This document shows positions 23,183 to 34,919 of a stretch of DNA of 64,000 nucleotides, piece by piece. The position numbers and the translations under genes are program-made. Source of the stretch: Porphyridium purpureum (taxonomy: Eukaryota). The notes under the pieces are model-generated. The model had not been told where the DNA came from, ran no database searches, and worked only from the letters and a program-made list of their open reading frames with translations. The stretch spans positions 186,001 to 250,000 of the forward strand of contig VRMN01000015.1 in assembly GCA_008690995.1 (NCBI GenBank). The letters run 5' to 3'. The stretch's first letter is position 1. Each line of letters begins with the position of its first letter.

Positions 23183-26062
23183 ATGGAAGTAGACGGCTCT
23201 AGCGATGTTGAAGTGGTGAGTGAGTCGCTGGTGAACGCAACACGCCGGCGCAATCGGCCGCGGGAAGCTCAAAATGTGCGACGTACCGGGAAAAGGCGAA
23301 GTACCAGGCGAACGCCATCCCCTGCGCGCTACCTACATGCGATGCAGCCGCACGGCACAGGCTCTGGGCCTACGGGAGGAGCTGCTCAAGGCGTGCTCCC
23401 AGCGTCGGTGGAACCCAACCGCACTCAGCAGGGAAGGAACGTGGATGTTTTGTTTCTAAACGGCGAGAACCACATGCCGACTCTTGCTGAGCAGAACAAA
23501 CACCCTGCAAACAAAGCCGTCCAACCGGTCCTAGCGAGAAACGCGAGGGGGAGAAACGTGCAAGACGAGCTGATTGGCTTCTCCACTCCCTTTCGTAGTT
23601 CTCAGCTTGGTGCGGGCAGTTCTTTTATCCCTGTCGAACGGCGCGTCTCGTCGCCAGTATCGCAACACTTGAAATCTGATTCTGCGATCCTCAGCGACAG
23701 GACGCTTGGCGAGCAGACGGATGCTCCAAGCGGAGATGTCACGAAGGACGCACATCTGGAATGCGATCGCGCTTTTCTTAATCGCGTGTCACATAAACCT
23801 GCTGTTCCTGAACAGGCACCCAAGCCAGAGGCAATGCAGACGGCAACTCCGATGGCACAGAAAGTCGAGACGACGTTCTCATTCAAGGAAGTCCAGTGGG
23901 TGCATGTGACGAAGCACGGCATTCTGTGTCTGCATTGTATGGCACTTTCGCGAAATGGCCTCATACCAGACGAAGCAGTTCTCCGTATCCTCCATGTATG
24001 CGCACAACGACAACAAAAAGTGGTGCACGATGATCAACTTGTGGAACTAGACAAGCACAGGCGGGCAGCCTGCATGCGTTTGTACGGAGTTGAGTGCATA
24101 CCTCTTACTGTGCAGCAAGAGTTCAATGATAACATCAGAGACGTCATCTCTTTAGAACAAGACCCTACTGTGCGGCTCAGAATCCCGGGCTTTTATCCGC
24201 CGATTCACGCCTGTGACACCAACGTGGGAGCCAAATTCAGTCATCAGGCTCGCAGCGAATGTACTCAGGCCGACCTGGATGCAGTGCCGGACGCGCCCAC
24301 ATTTTACCCGTCGGAAGCAGAGTTTGCCGATCCCGCCAAGTACCTAACTCTAGTGAGCGCACTTGCCAAACAGTTCGGCATTTGCAAAATTGTGCCACCG
24401 GACTCATGGCACAGGCGCAAAGGAGCGAGCAAAGTGTCGCGGGAGTGGAACATCAAAACCTGTATTCAACCGATTCATGAGCTTATGCACCGCGATGAAA
24501 AGAAAAATAACACCTTTGGGTACGAGGAGAGCGAGATGTGCACGGTGCGCAAGTTCGAAGAAGCTGCCAATGTGTATCAGCAGCTGTTCCTTCAGCAGCA
24601 TTATTCGAGCAAATGTAGTGGGTCTGGCACGATGCCCGAATCGCCGTCATCGCCGCACTCACCACGTTCGCGCGTGGCTCAAAACTTCGGAGAGCAGCTG
24701 GCGTTCTACGAGAAAAAGTATTGGGATATCGTTTCGGGCGCACCGTCTTCTCTTTGGCCGACACAGCCCCAACCAATGTACACATTGTACGCCAACGACA
24801 TGGACTCCAACACCGTGTACGACGTGAATTTAGAGTATGGCGGCCCGCGTCCAAGGAGTGACCCATGGAACTTGAATACGTTGTCTCAGTCGAACCGAAT
24901 GCTTCTGTCCTTCATTGCAAGATTCTGTACAGATGTGAATCTAAGTGGCGTCGCGCAGCCGTGGATTTATTTCGGCATGCTCTTCTCGACCTTTTGCTGG
25001 CATACGGAAGATAACTACTTATTCAGTATCAACTGCTTGCATGAAGGAAGCAGCAAGTTTTGGTACGGTGTGCCTGGCTGGGGGCCTCAGCAACCAGAGC
25101 TTGCGTTTGAACGCGCATTTTACTCGGTACATAGTCAGAAGGCGAAGCACGATCATGCGAACATTCTTTACGACTTGCGTACCATGATTAGTCCTGCACA
25201 GTTGCGTGAGCACAACGTGCCTGTGTATCGACTGGTGCAACACGCTGGTGAAATTGTGGTCACACTCCCGCACGCGTATCATTCTGGATTTTCGACGGGC
25301 TTCAATTGCGCCGAGGCCGTCAACTTTGCCTTGCCCTGCTGGTTTGTTTACGGTGTGCGAAGTGAAACGCGATACAAGAAATGGCGAAAAGAGCCCGTCT
25401 TTAGCACGCAGCTGCTGATGTACCTTGCATTTCGAGCCAACGGTGATGCTGCGCTGAGAGACATGATGATCTCGAAGACGGAGCTGACGTATATTCAGGA
25501 CCAATTTGCCTGTGTCATCGAGAACGAAAGAGTGCAGCGCGCAGAGTGCCGAAAGCTTGGGCTCGTGTCACGATCAGAGCACCTGATTCAGGATGACGCG
25601 GTGAACCGCGTATGCATGCATTGCCAACAACCGTGTGACTTTAGTGCAGTCCGAATCGTCCTTCCAATAAGCGATGATAGTGACAGCGGTGCGAGTAGCT
25701 CGCGTGTGGGTAAGAGTACAACCACGTCGCGGGCTTCCTATTTATGTCTGGAACATGCGCTCCGTTTTCGAGATTTCGAAGGCGAAGGTGAGCTCGCCGA
25801 GTACGTCACTTTACAGGAGCTCGAAAGTGTTCTCGTGCGAATGCGCACGTACGTTGCCGATGCGCGTCCTCCGCTCACGGTGGGAGCCAGGACTTTTAGC
25901 CACAACGGTGTCCTTGGCGTCACACCCAAGTCGGATCGCGTGTGTCTTGCATGCGTATCTTCAGCGGCAGGGACTGATGTTAGAGGGAAAATTACGGACC
26001 CACCCTGGGAGTCTTCCTTTGGGGTGCAGGAACTTCTGCGAGAAGTTCTTGAGAGACCATAA
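23183..26062 (+). CDS. JmjN/JmjC histone lysine demethylase, KDM5/JARID-like, with partial C5HC2 finger
   Basis: JmjN: APTFYPSEAEFADP..FGICKIVPP. JmjC: PWIYFGMLFSTFCWHTED..YHSGFSTGFNCAEAVNFA, with the H-x-E...H iron ligands intact. Finger: CMHCQQPC...CLEH. Confidence 0.93.
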   Translation: MEVDGSSDVEVVSESLVNATRRRNRPREAQNVRRTGKRRSTRRTPSPARYLHAMQPHGTGSGPTGGAAQGVLPASVEPNRTQQGRNVDVLFLNGENHMPTLAEQNKHPANKAVQPVLARNARGRNVQDELIGFSTPFRSSQLGAGSSFIPVERRVSSPVSQHLKSDSAILSDRTLGEQTDAPSGDVTKDAHLECDRAFLNRVSHKPAVPEQAPKPEAMQTATPMAQKVETTFSFKEVQWVHVTKHGILCLHCMALSRNGLIPDEAVLRILHVCAQRQQKVVHDDQLVELDKHRRAACMRLYGVECIPLTVQQEFNDNIRDVISLEQDPTVRLRIPGFYPPIHACDTNVGAKFSHQARSECTQADLDAVPDAPTFYPSEAEFADPAKYLTLVSALAKQFGICKIVPPDSWHRRKGASKVSREWNIKTCIQPIHELMHRDEKKNNTFGYEESEMCTVRKFEEAANVYQQLFLQQHYSSKCSGSGTMPESPSSPHSPRSRVAQNFGEQLAFYEKKYWDIVSGAPSSLWPTQPQPMYTLYANDMDSNTVYDVNLEYGGPRPRSDPWNLNTLSQSNRMLLSFIARFCTDVNLSGVAQPWIYFGMLFSTFCWHTEDNYLFSINCLHEGSSKFWYGVPGWGPQQPELAFERAFYSVHSQKAKHDHANILYDLRTMISPAQLREHNVPVYRLVQHAGEIVVTLPHAYHSGFSTGFNCAEAVNFALPCWFVYGVRSETRYKKWRKEPVFSTQLLMYLAFRANGDAALRDMMISKTELTYIQDQFACVIENERVQRAECRKLGLVSRSEHLIQDDAVNRVCMHCQQPCDFSAVRIVLPISDDSDSGASSSRVGKSTTTSRASYLCLEHALRFRDFEGEGELAEYVTLQELESVLVRMRTYVADARPPLTVGARTFSHNGVLGVTPKSDRVCLACVSSAAGTDVRGKITDPPWESSFGVQELLREVLERP

Positions 26063-27499
26063 TTGGCTTGCGGTGGTCGCGAGTCAGAACCTGACAGTGG
26101 TGAGGTGTTGTAGTACATTAAGAATGGTTGATGGAATGGGCGGCGTACGCGTGGCGTGGTGCAAAGAAATTACCGCCCAGACGCGCAAAAGCAGGCCATT
26201 CGATTTGGGTGACAAGATTGCGTGCAGGCTTTTTGCATCTGAGCAGCGCGCATCGGCTAGACGTACCGGCCTCGCAAGAATCACTCGCAGGTACCTGCGC
26301 ACGGTCCTTGAAATGGGCACGGCCACATCCGGCTGTCGCGTTCGGCTTTGTTCGGGGAATGTTGTGCGCGAAACTCCCTGGACTGCAGAACGAAAAGTCG
26401 CCGACTTTGTCTGGGCGAGATCGAACATCCGCGCACGGCGGAAAAGCAGACACATGTGGGGCGCCAAGTCGCTGCATCTTGGCCAGGTGCGCGGGATTTA
26501 ATGTATTTCATCATCTCGTCGCGGCGCTTCCAGGGATTGCAACTTCGTCCGCTCCGTCTCTCGCTCATGCGGTTTCTGAATATTGCAATTGTAGGGAACG
26601 GCGTGTTTTGACTGTTCCCCAATCCCTTGTGGATGTTTCGAAATGTGAGGGGAGAAGAAGGGAACGGTCTTTCTGTGTCGGCTGCGCTAGAGGGAACTTC
26701 GGGGAAAGAGCCCAGGTAAGGCGCGGGAAGTTGGAGAAGGTGCCTGACGGGAGAACAAAGGGAAGGGCATACGCTGCACAGCACAACGTATCGGGTGGGA
26801 ACGAAGAGCGCAGCGGAGGGGGAAAGAGGGAAGGGAGAGAAGAAGCGAAGAGGAGTCAGGATCCCTCTACGGAAAAGAAAGGGTAAACACCGTGTCACCT
26901 CTCCGTTTCATTTTCTGCACCGAATGGCACCCCGGCGTAACTGTGTACTCGTCATTCGAATTCGATCTGCGTAATGTCGTGAGTGCGACTCGGTGGTGGA
27001 AATCAAGCGTCTACTTTTCCAAAGGATTGGTCCGAACTTCTGAAGTTTCGTCACACTTTGGCAACGGCGAAAACAGACCCATCAAGTTCGGAAAGTAGTT
27101 GGCGACGGTGTTTGACGAATCCGTGGGATCGTGAGGTTAAACGATTAGATAGCGTGATAGTTGAGCCATATTCTAAATAAAATGTTATGCCTATATATTC
27201 TTGGACACTGAACAGACAATGCTTGTATTTTTATCGTGTCAGCCGAAGGCGACTGCAGGAATCGAAACTTGCCAGTAGAGAAGCATGCGCCAGTACGTCA
27301 GCTGCTTGATTCTATGCTTTGGGAAATTCTGTGCCTCACCACTGGACTAAGCTATTGCAATGTCTGTAAAAATGGTCGAAGATGAAATCTACTGGCCGCG
27401 TCCTAGACAAAGGATTAGCATTGAAAGCATATACTACGAGAGTTGAGCGGCATGAGGCGCATAAACAAGTTTGACGTCAGGGATTCAATACTGGTTCGA

Positions 27500-28250
27500 A
27501 AGTTAGTCGGAGAAAGGTGCCTCGGTAGTTCTATAAAATAGTTTCAGATTTGACGAGGAAAACAGACTGGCCTTTAAGCATTCTCGCCCGATATATGTAG
27601 ACGAGACGGAAGACACTGCCATGAGAAGACATCTTGGCGATTTCAGATGCCTCTCGCCGTGTTGTTTTAGATTCCATGAATCCCAAATTTCATTGTTGTT
27701 CGGTCCTATTTTCGACATGTCCCTTAACATCATTCTTTCAGGGGTAAGCAACAAACATGTTCCCGCTCTACGCTAAGCTTCCTTGCGTGCGACATAAGAA
27801 TAATGTTAACAATCGCAGTCCTCTGAGCTCACGCTATGCGAATAGCATCATCCGACATGAACCTGCCTGTGTACCGATCGGGTACTGAAATCAAAAATGG
27901 CAGAGTATTAATTCATCTTTGTCTTCGAACGTGTTGACGATTCCATCGCTGATTTATGGACATCATGACGGGTAAGACGCACGGCACCCACGATTTCAAG
28001 GGAAGCGCCAATGGACTGGGGCTGCTACATCACAGAGACATTCTGAGGTGAAAGTAAGTCACGTCAGACTAAAAGGACATGGTACTTGTGAGTATGGAAT
28101 TGATTTTATGGAGCGCGTCGCTTGGGGCAGCGGATATGCCCTTTTTCTATCAAGCACCAACACTACCTGGGTGTCTTAAGGCTGGTGACCAGCACATGTT
28201 TTCTACGTCAATCGTCTTGTATTCGTCTTCCGGCATCCGCAATCCCGAAC
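27500..28250 (-). mobile_element. Possible decayed hAT transposase remnant
   Basis: EIWDSWNLKQ..RCLLMAVSSVSSTYIGRECLKAS weakly resembles the hAT dimerisation domain, and KTIDVENMCWS resembles DV.TRWnS. Very degenerate. Confidence 0.3.
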
Positions 28251-29842
28251 GTTCTGCAGGTAGCAGCTCAAATTAAACACGACATGGCCATCTCCAGCCT
28301 TCTTTGGAAAGCCTTGAAAAACAGCCCACAGTAGTCTACACCCGGCCAACTGCTGTCCTTCGGATTGATACGGTCAAATTGTCAAAGCTTGTGCTTGTCT
28401 TGATTTTGAGGTTTACTTCATCCTTTCTGCCTTGAACCTTTCATACCTAGGCCTGGCTTTTCTCGCTTACTGCAGTTCTACATTGAAGTTTTAGTACTCT
28501 CTTGTCATGATCGCTCATGAACACCGGCTTTTCCCGCTTGCCCTGTCTACCGTTTTGCGGTTTATCACTTTGTCGGGCAGCTGATAAACCGCAACGCTTC
28601 GCATCCTTTTGCCAGGTCGCGGTCCTCCGCGAGTCACGACGTTACTTGCCCCTGCCCCACAGCCGCGCAGCCATGGAGCCCGAAACCATACTCCAATCCT
28701 GCTGGCCCCATTGGCCCTTCTTGTTTTGCAAGCTAGCTTCCGCGCCGTCAACGATGCGATTCAGTCCCTTACGTAATCCCGCTTTGGAATCCTTGCTCTG
28801 TAGACGGTGGCCAGAAAAAAGGACAAGGGAGCGCCGGTAGGATTGTGGTGTAGGTCCTCCTTTGGTAGGGCCGAGTAGGGTGCGGCGCCACGAAGAGGGC
28901 TGCGGATTGCGCGGCATGCATAATGTGTACTTTTTTGTGACCTGTTCTGCTCAAGAACACGCGTGAGCCGGTATGTCCTATGCTAGTATATAAAGCCTGG
29001 CGATCACGGCAGCAATCCTTCGACATGACTGTCATTCGACATCATTCATTCTTCATTATGCGACTTCAGAGGAGCATTGTTAAAATCAAAATTTGAAACC
29101 AGGAATGATGCTGCGGAACAATACGTGGACGAACCAGAGTGGTTGTACGTCAGGAATCGCTTTCAAATTTGACGCCCAGAAATTTATTTTCGTTCACCGA
29201 TTTTACACTCCAAATGATGTTTATTACGTCACTGGCCCGTGATGAAGCAGCCGACGAGACGATCCTAGCAAGGAAAGAAGAAGCATGCGAGCAACTCCTC
29301 GCTCACATGATAACAAAGGAGTTTGAATGATGAGCTACTTCTTAGTGCCCAATACTTTACCCAGCGTACTCGGTACTATTTCAGATGTTGCGAGAGAAAC
29401 TAGGATTGAGTGTAAAGTCGGAGTGTGCGGAAGCAGCTTTCCAGTCATCGTGCGCATTGCGTCTTAGCTGTTGAGTGCCACGCAGCATGAAACGGAAAGA
29501 TGGTAATTTTTACCCTTTTTTCCGAAACAGAGATGAGAGCAGCGTCAATGACCGTGTACCACGAGCCCAGAACAAAAGCTATTTTGAAAATCTATTCTGG
29601 GTGCATAATCCTAGATCACGTAGATTAGGAGTAGGAGTGATGACTTACACGATGTCGAAACTGCACTCTTCGTGTTGAGGTACAAACACACGTGTAAGTC
29701 ATCACTACCCAACCCGTTGCTGATCTTTCTCTCTCCCTCTGTGGCTTGACCACGTGTGCACGAATGCGTAACTGCGATAAGTGGACGGTGAAGTTTGTCC
29801 AAGGACACAAACACACGCAGAGGGAGAGAGAAGAAAAAGCGC

Positions 29843-30100
29843 TCGCGCGCGCGCGAAGACACACACGCGCACACACACGCGCACACACACGCACGCACGA
29901 GCACACACGAGCACACACGAGCACGCACGAGCACGCACGAGCACGCACAAGCACACACGAGCACACACGAGCACGCACGAGCACGCACGAGTACGCAAAA
30001 GAATGTGTACGCGAACGGACACGCGCACGGACACGCGCACGGACACGCGCACGGACACGCGCACGGACACGCGCACGCACACGCGCACGCAGACACACAA
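29843..30100. repeat. Compound tandem repeat: 10-mers (gcacacacga/gcacgcacga) then 12-mers (acggacacgcgc)
   Basis: About ten 10-bp units at ~29890-29995 and about five 12-bp units at ~30015-30075. Confidence 0.93.
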
Positions 30101-30493
30101 ATTCGAAGAAGCATACGTCCATGTATCAACTCAGACGCCCAGGCTCACACAAGCAAACAGACGCACCAGTGGACACGCGCTTGCATGCACATACTCGCCT
30201 GCTTGCATCCATGCTGGGTTAGACTCGTAGGCTGGGATCTTTCGCTCGCGCTCGCAAGCAAGCAACCACACAGTCACCCGCTGTCGGAACGTACCCATGC
30301 GCACACGCATGCGCACAAGCTCGAGTACACAGGCTTCGTCCGTTGCTCCCCAATCACCAATCGTTCGTCATACCCCAGACTGAGTAGATTGCTTGCATCT
30401 CTTTATGGAAAGCACCGAGACCATGAAGTCGCCAACGGCTGGACATCGACAAGCGCAAGGAACCTGGGTTCTTGTTCTTGTCCAGTTCCCAGT

Positions 30494-33474
30494 CTATCTT
30501 CCCACCAAAAACACTCTCCAAACGGTTGTTTCTCTGGGTGATACCGGCCTTTTTCTGCTGATGGGCGAGACCCACATTGCCGAAATAAGTTTCATTTTTT
30601 CGTCACATGACGGAAACATGGTTTCGCCCTCTTGGTACTCCTGCGTGCACTCCGGTGATATAACGTCATGATACTTGTCCATGATCTCTTTAGGCTCGAG
30701 CCGTTTGCGCATGTGGCCATGAAGCGCACTGCCGGGCGCGAATTTCACCGCGCAAGTTTGAGGCAGTACGTGTGATGCCTTTCTCCCTTTCAAATTAGAC
30801 TTGACAGGCTTCGCGTCTGAGATCCAGGAACTTTGGCACATGGGCGCGGGTACACGCGAATCTGTCCAACCATACTGAGCTGCAGCATTTTTTAACGGTG
30901 ACGCGCTGTGCAATGGTAGTCCCCGCGCAGCGAAAGATTCAGAAGATGGTGACCTCGCCGCGGGCCCGCCACTCCTTCCGTAGCCTGCAGGAACCGGCGC
31001 CGGGGAGCGAGGAGACACGGGCGACATGCGGATCGGCGTTGTAGACCTACTGATTCCCAACGCTGCGATGATCCCGTTCGAATGTGATGAAGCCGTGGCG
31101 TTGGTAAATGCAGGCATTTCTGCAGACAGCGGAGTTACACGTGCATTTGCACCTGCACCGGCCTCGTTCACGGTTTTGGGCCCTGCGGTAGCAAGGTTTG
31201 CAGACCTTGCACCACGAGCAAAGCCTGATGGACCTGCATCGAAGCCCGGCTCCGAGCTTGCAGCGAAAGGTCTTGTGCTTCCAGAACGTGAAGCCGCGGT
31301 CGGGGTACCAGTGCGCTGAGAATGTGGAGGCCCAGCAAAATGTATTCTGTCGACAGGCTGAGCACGAGATCGTACATCAGAAGGAGAAACTGGTGAGACA
31401 AAGACGGACCCTGGGACAACCCAAGCTCCTGAGCCATGCCCAGTGTCACCGTGGCGGCGGCGTCCTGAAATGCCGTCTGCAATCCCGGCCGATCCTGGCT
31501 GATATGCTGCAGCATAATCGCTGTCTTCTTCGTCTTCGTCGTCGTCGTCATCGTCGTCGTCAATGTCCGGAAATGATTTCCTCCAGGTGTCAATGAACTG
31601 GACAAATTTGTTCTCCAGCCCTTTCCAATCGCCTTGATCCCTTCGCCCACGAAAATCTCGCCAAATCTTTTTTATTAAATTATCAAAGGTGACTGCGCCC
31701 GGCGGAGCTGCACTGCCGAAATTCCCAGCCCGTGAATGAAGTTGAGCGCGAGGTGCGCAAAGTGCGCACTTTGAAATTTCAGTTTTCCTTTCATCGGATG
31801 GGGCTTTCCCTTATTCCTGTCGTCCGCAAAGTACAATTTCTTAAGCATGGTCGAGAGCAGACTGTAGTCCCCAAGCGCCGCGACGATTTTCGGCAAATTC
31901 AGCGGGCGGCGGCGATTCTGCACGGAGACCGTTTTTGTGGCGATCTTCACTTGAAGTGGATGCACAATCACCTGTGCGCACCAAATGTACGCCGGCCCGT
32001 ATCGCACAATCTTCTTGAGCTGCTCGATATCCTCATGAATTCGATCATCGTCAGAAAACGCTACATTCGCCCAATTTTCCAGATCCGAGTAAAAAATCTC
32101 AATGTCTGCATTCGATCTCCGCAGAGTCTTAACATCTTTCACACATTTCCATTTGGTGACCTTTGGTGGAGAATCGTCTGTCTCTCCGCTTGTACGCTCG
32201 GCCACGCCGCCCCCGTTGCTGCGCTTGGCTGCGCTGCTCCCGTTGCTGCGCTCAGCCATGCCGCTCCCGTTGCTGCGCTCGGCCACGCCACTCCCGTTGC
32301 TGCGCTCGGCCACGCCACTCCCGTTGCTGCGCTCTGGCGCTTCAACTCCTGCTCGGACGCGCAGATTCCCGTCGTAGGCATCACTATAAGTAAGTGGCTC
32401 TGATGTCGCCTCCCTGCGCATCACCTTTGGCACGCCTGAACTTTCGATACTTATGTCAAACTCAGAGCACGACCGCTTCTTCAGTGCCGCGTCTGGCTCA
32501 TCTGTCACGACAGTCTCAGTCGCCGGCTGCGACATGGAACTCGAGCCTTGCGCCTCTAGACTTTCAACACTGGGCTTGTCATTTCTACTGTGCACGTTTT
32601 CCTGACTTGTGCAAGGAGGCTGTACTGACGAGTCGTCCTGCGCTGGCAGCGTGGGACATACAACCTGCATTTGATGAACTGGCGACCCTGCCGATGTACT
32701 TGGTATGCTTGGTGCCGCCTGCACAGTCTGTGGACGCTGCGGTGAGGAAGTCAACTCGAACGGCAGCGGCGGCTGCTCACTGCGTCCGTCTCGCTCTGGC
32801 GTCACGGGTGCCGTACTGAGTGCTACCGCCGCCGGCTCCGACTGCAGGCTGAGCGCAACGTGCTCTCGCTTGACACGCTTTACTCTGGGCTCCAAGTCCT
32901 CTGACTCATCACGCCGAGCCGGCTGTTGTTCCTGCGGTTCCGTCGAAATGCTGGACACGTGCTGGGTGTGTTTGCGCTGCCGTTCAGTTACACGTGTGAG
33001 TACGCCGGCAAGCTCGAGAAATCCGGCGTCGTGTGCAATGTCTGACGCAGTCATGCCTGCTGCATTCCACATATTTACATTTGCCCCTCGCTCCAGAAGG
33101 GCATTTGCCACATCGATGCGACCCTTTGCGGCAGCAACCATGAGCGCGTTGCTGTGCCCAATGGCGCAGGCGTCTAGTTCAGCACCGGCGTCCACCAGGG
33201 CGACCGCAATATCTACAAAGCCTCTGGAGGCAGCATACATCAGCGCCGTCATTTGCGCCGCGCCACGCGCGTTCACGTCTGCACCCAGCCTCACCAAAAC
33301 ATCCACCACATCCGCAAACCCACGCGAGGCCGCAATCGTCAACGCCGAAGCGCGCACGCATCCATCCACCAACGCGTCCACGTCCACGCTTCCCGCACGC
33401 ACTAGTGCCTCGACGGCCGCTACATCTCGCGCTACCACCGCATCCCGCAGCTCTTTCCCAGCCTCTCCATACAT
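30494..33474 (-). CDS. Ankyrin-repeat protein, probably spliced or frameshifted near 31700 into a second open frame
   Basis: N-terminal ANK repeats (ALTIAASRG, TALMYAASRG, ALMVAAAKG, TASDIA). The first ORF stops at 31675, but another frame is stop-free from 31810 to 30494 and reads LENKFVQFIDTWRKSFPDIDDDDDDDDEDEED. Confidence 0.7.
32195..32335 (-). repeat. 27-bp coding minisatellite (ERSNGSGVA x5)
   Basis: Five in-frame 9-aa units in the ankyrin protein. Confidence 0.92.
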
Positions 33475-34919
33475 CCTTCTCCCCTCTCCTTCCTCCCTTC
33501 CAGTACTTCCCTCCTTCCCCCGCTTCTCGCTCCATCCCGTCAACTTTTTTCGGTCCCTTCTTCTCCTTTTCATATCAAAACTCGCTTGGTTACCAGAAAC
33601 TTCGATTTCGACCCACGTGTTCTGTGGAATAGTCGCGCTGTACGCAAAGTACAGTGGACTTGGACTCCTTGTTAGACGGGCAAGGCGACGGCTGGAGAGC
33701 TGGAGAGAGGCCCCGGAGATGTGTGGCTACTTCCACCGCTTGCGGCGCGCCTTTGGTACGCAGGTCGACCGTCTACCGTCGTCGACGCCATGTCGGCGTT
33801 TCCGCGATAGCATATTTACCCGTCGGCTCCCGCCGAACAAAAAGCGTTGCGCCATGTTTCCGGAGGCCAAAGTAAGTTGGTCTTCGAAGGTTAAAGGCAT
33901 AGATTCGATTGAGCTTATGCTATGATTTTCATCTCGCCACCCACGGTGCACCTACGAAAGAAGGAAGTGATCTGCTGCTCATACCGCATGGGCCTTTTCC
34001 AATCTGCTTCGGTATCTGGAGAAATATGGAGAACTTTGGCGATGTTGCCGATCCTAAAAAGGTGGGTCGATAAATGAAGCGGACTTCGCATAAGATTCTT
34101 CAATGCGCGCACCAATGCGCAAGGAACTTGGGCACAGTAGCTGGCTCGGAGCACCTCCCGATGACTCAACTCTGCAGCCACGGCCTTCGACAAACACGAA
34201 TGTATCCACATTTATCTTGGCACGATTATTTTCTCCTTCTGCGTTTTTGGACAATGGTCCTCAGACCTGACGCGCTGTTTTCACTTTGAACATGCTATTG
34301 GGCTGGTGGTCGTCAACAATAGTGCCAGAAGACCGTATCTCGACTTTTTCAGTTCATTTGAGGAAACACCAAAGGCGCTCTGCGCATACTCCGTGACATT
34401 GCTGACCAGTGTTTTGAGTGATGCATGGATGCATTTAGAAGAACGTGGTTCCGACAGGTGAAATATGCACTCGCAGTGTACCAGTGAAACGGAGGTGCAG
34501 ACGGCTGTTGACAGTCGTCTGCTGTGTGTTCACTGGCGTTCGACGCCAAGCGCTGGAACGCTGGCCACGAGCGGCCGCTAGCCGCTCGGTGCACTCCCGG
34601 AGTCGCGGAGGGTGACATACAAATGAAAAATAGCAAAAGCCGTCGCCTCACCAGTAAAAAAACTTTAAGCGCCAACTGAGAGGAGTGAGCCTTCTTTCTT
34701 TCGTCCCCGAGGGTACTGAGAGATTTTGTTTGGTAGATCAAAAATGTTCGTACACCACCCCAGCGAAGCACATTTCCTCACATGAAAACACAATTCACGA
34801 AAGCAGTCTGTCGGCTGCGCGGGGCGGGAAGTTGAGCATGAGGATCGGAGCACGAAGGATACCGCGCGCAGGGAGTGAGGGCGCCACGATGACCTGGCAC
34901 GGAAGAGGATCTGCCTCCG

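Noticed and set aside
26128..26898. 200-250 aa ORFs downstream of the JmjC gene
   Set aside because: Overlapping ORFs on both strands with no domain signal and low-complexity ends.
29843..30100. Regular repeats that might suggest a CRISPR array or repeat-protein ORFs
   Set aside because: These are head-to-tail micro/minisatellite units with no unique spacers. The six-frame ORFs arise only because the repeats lack stop codons.
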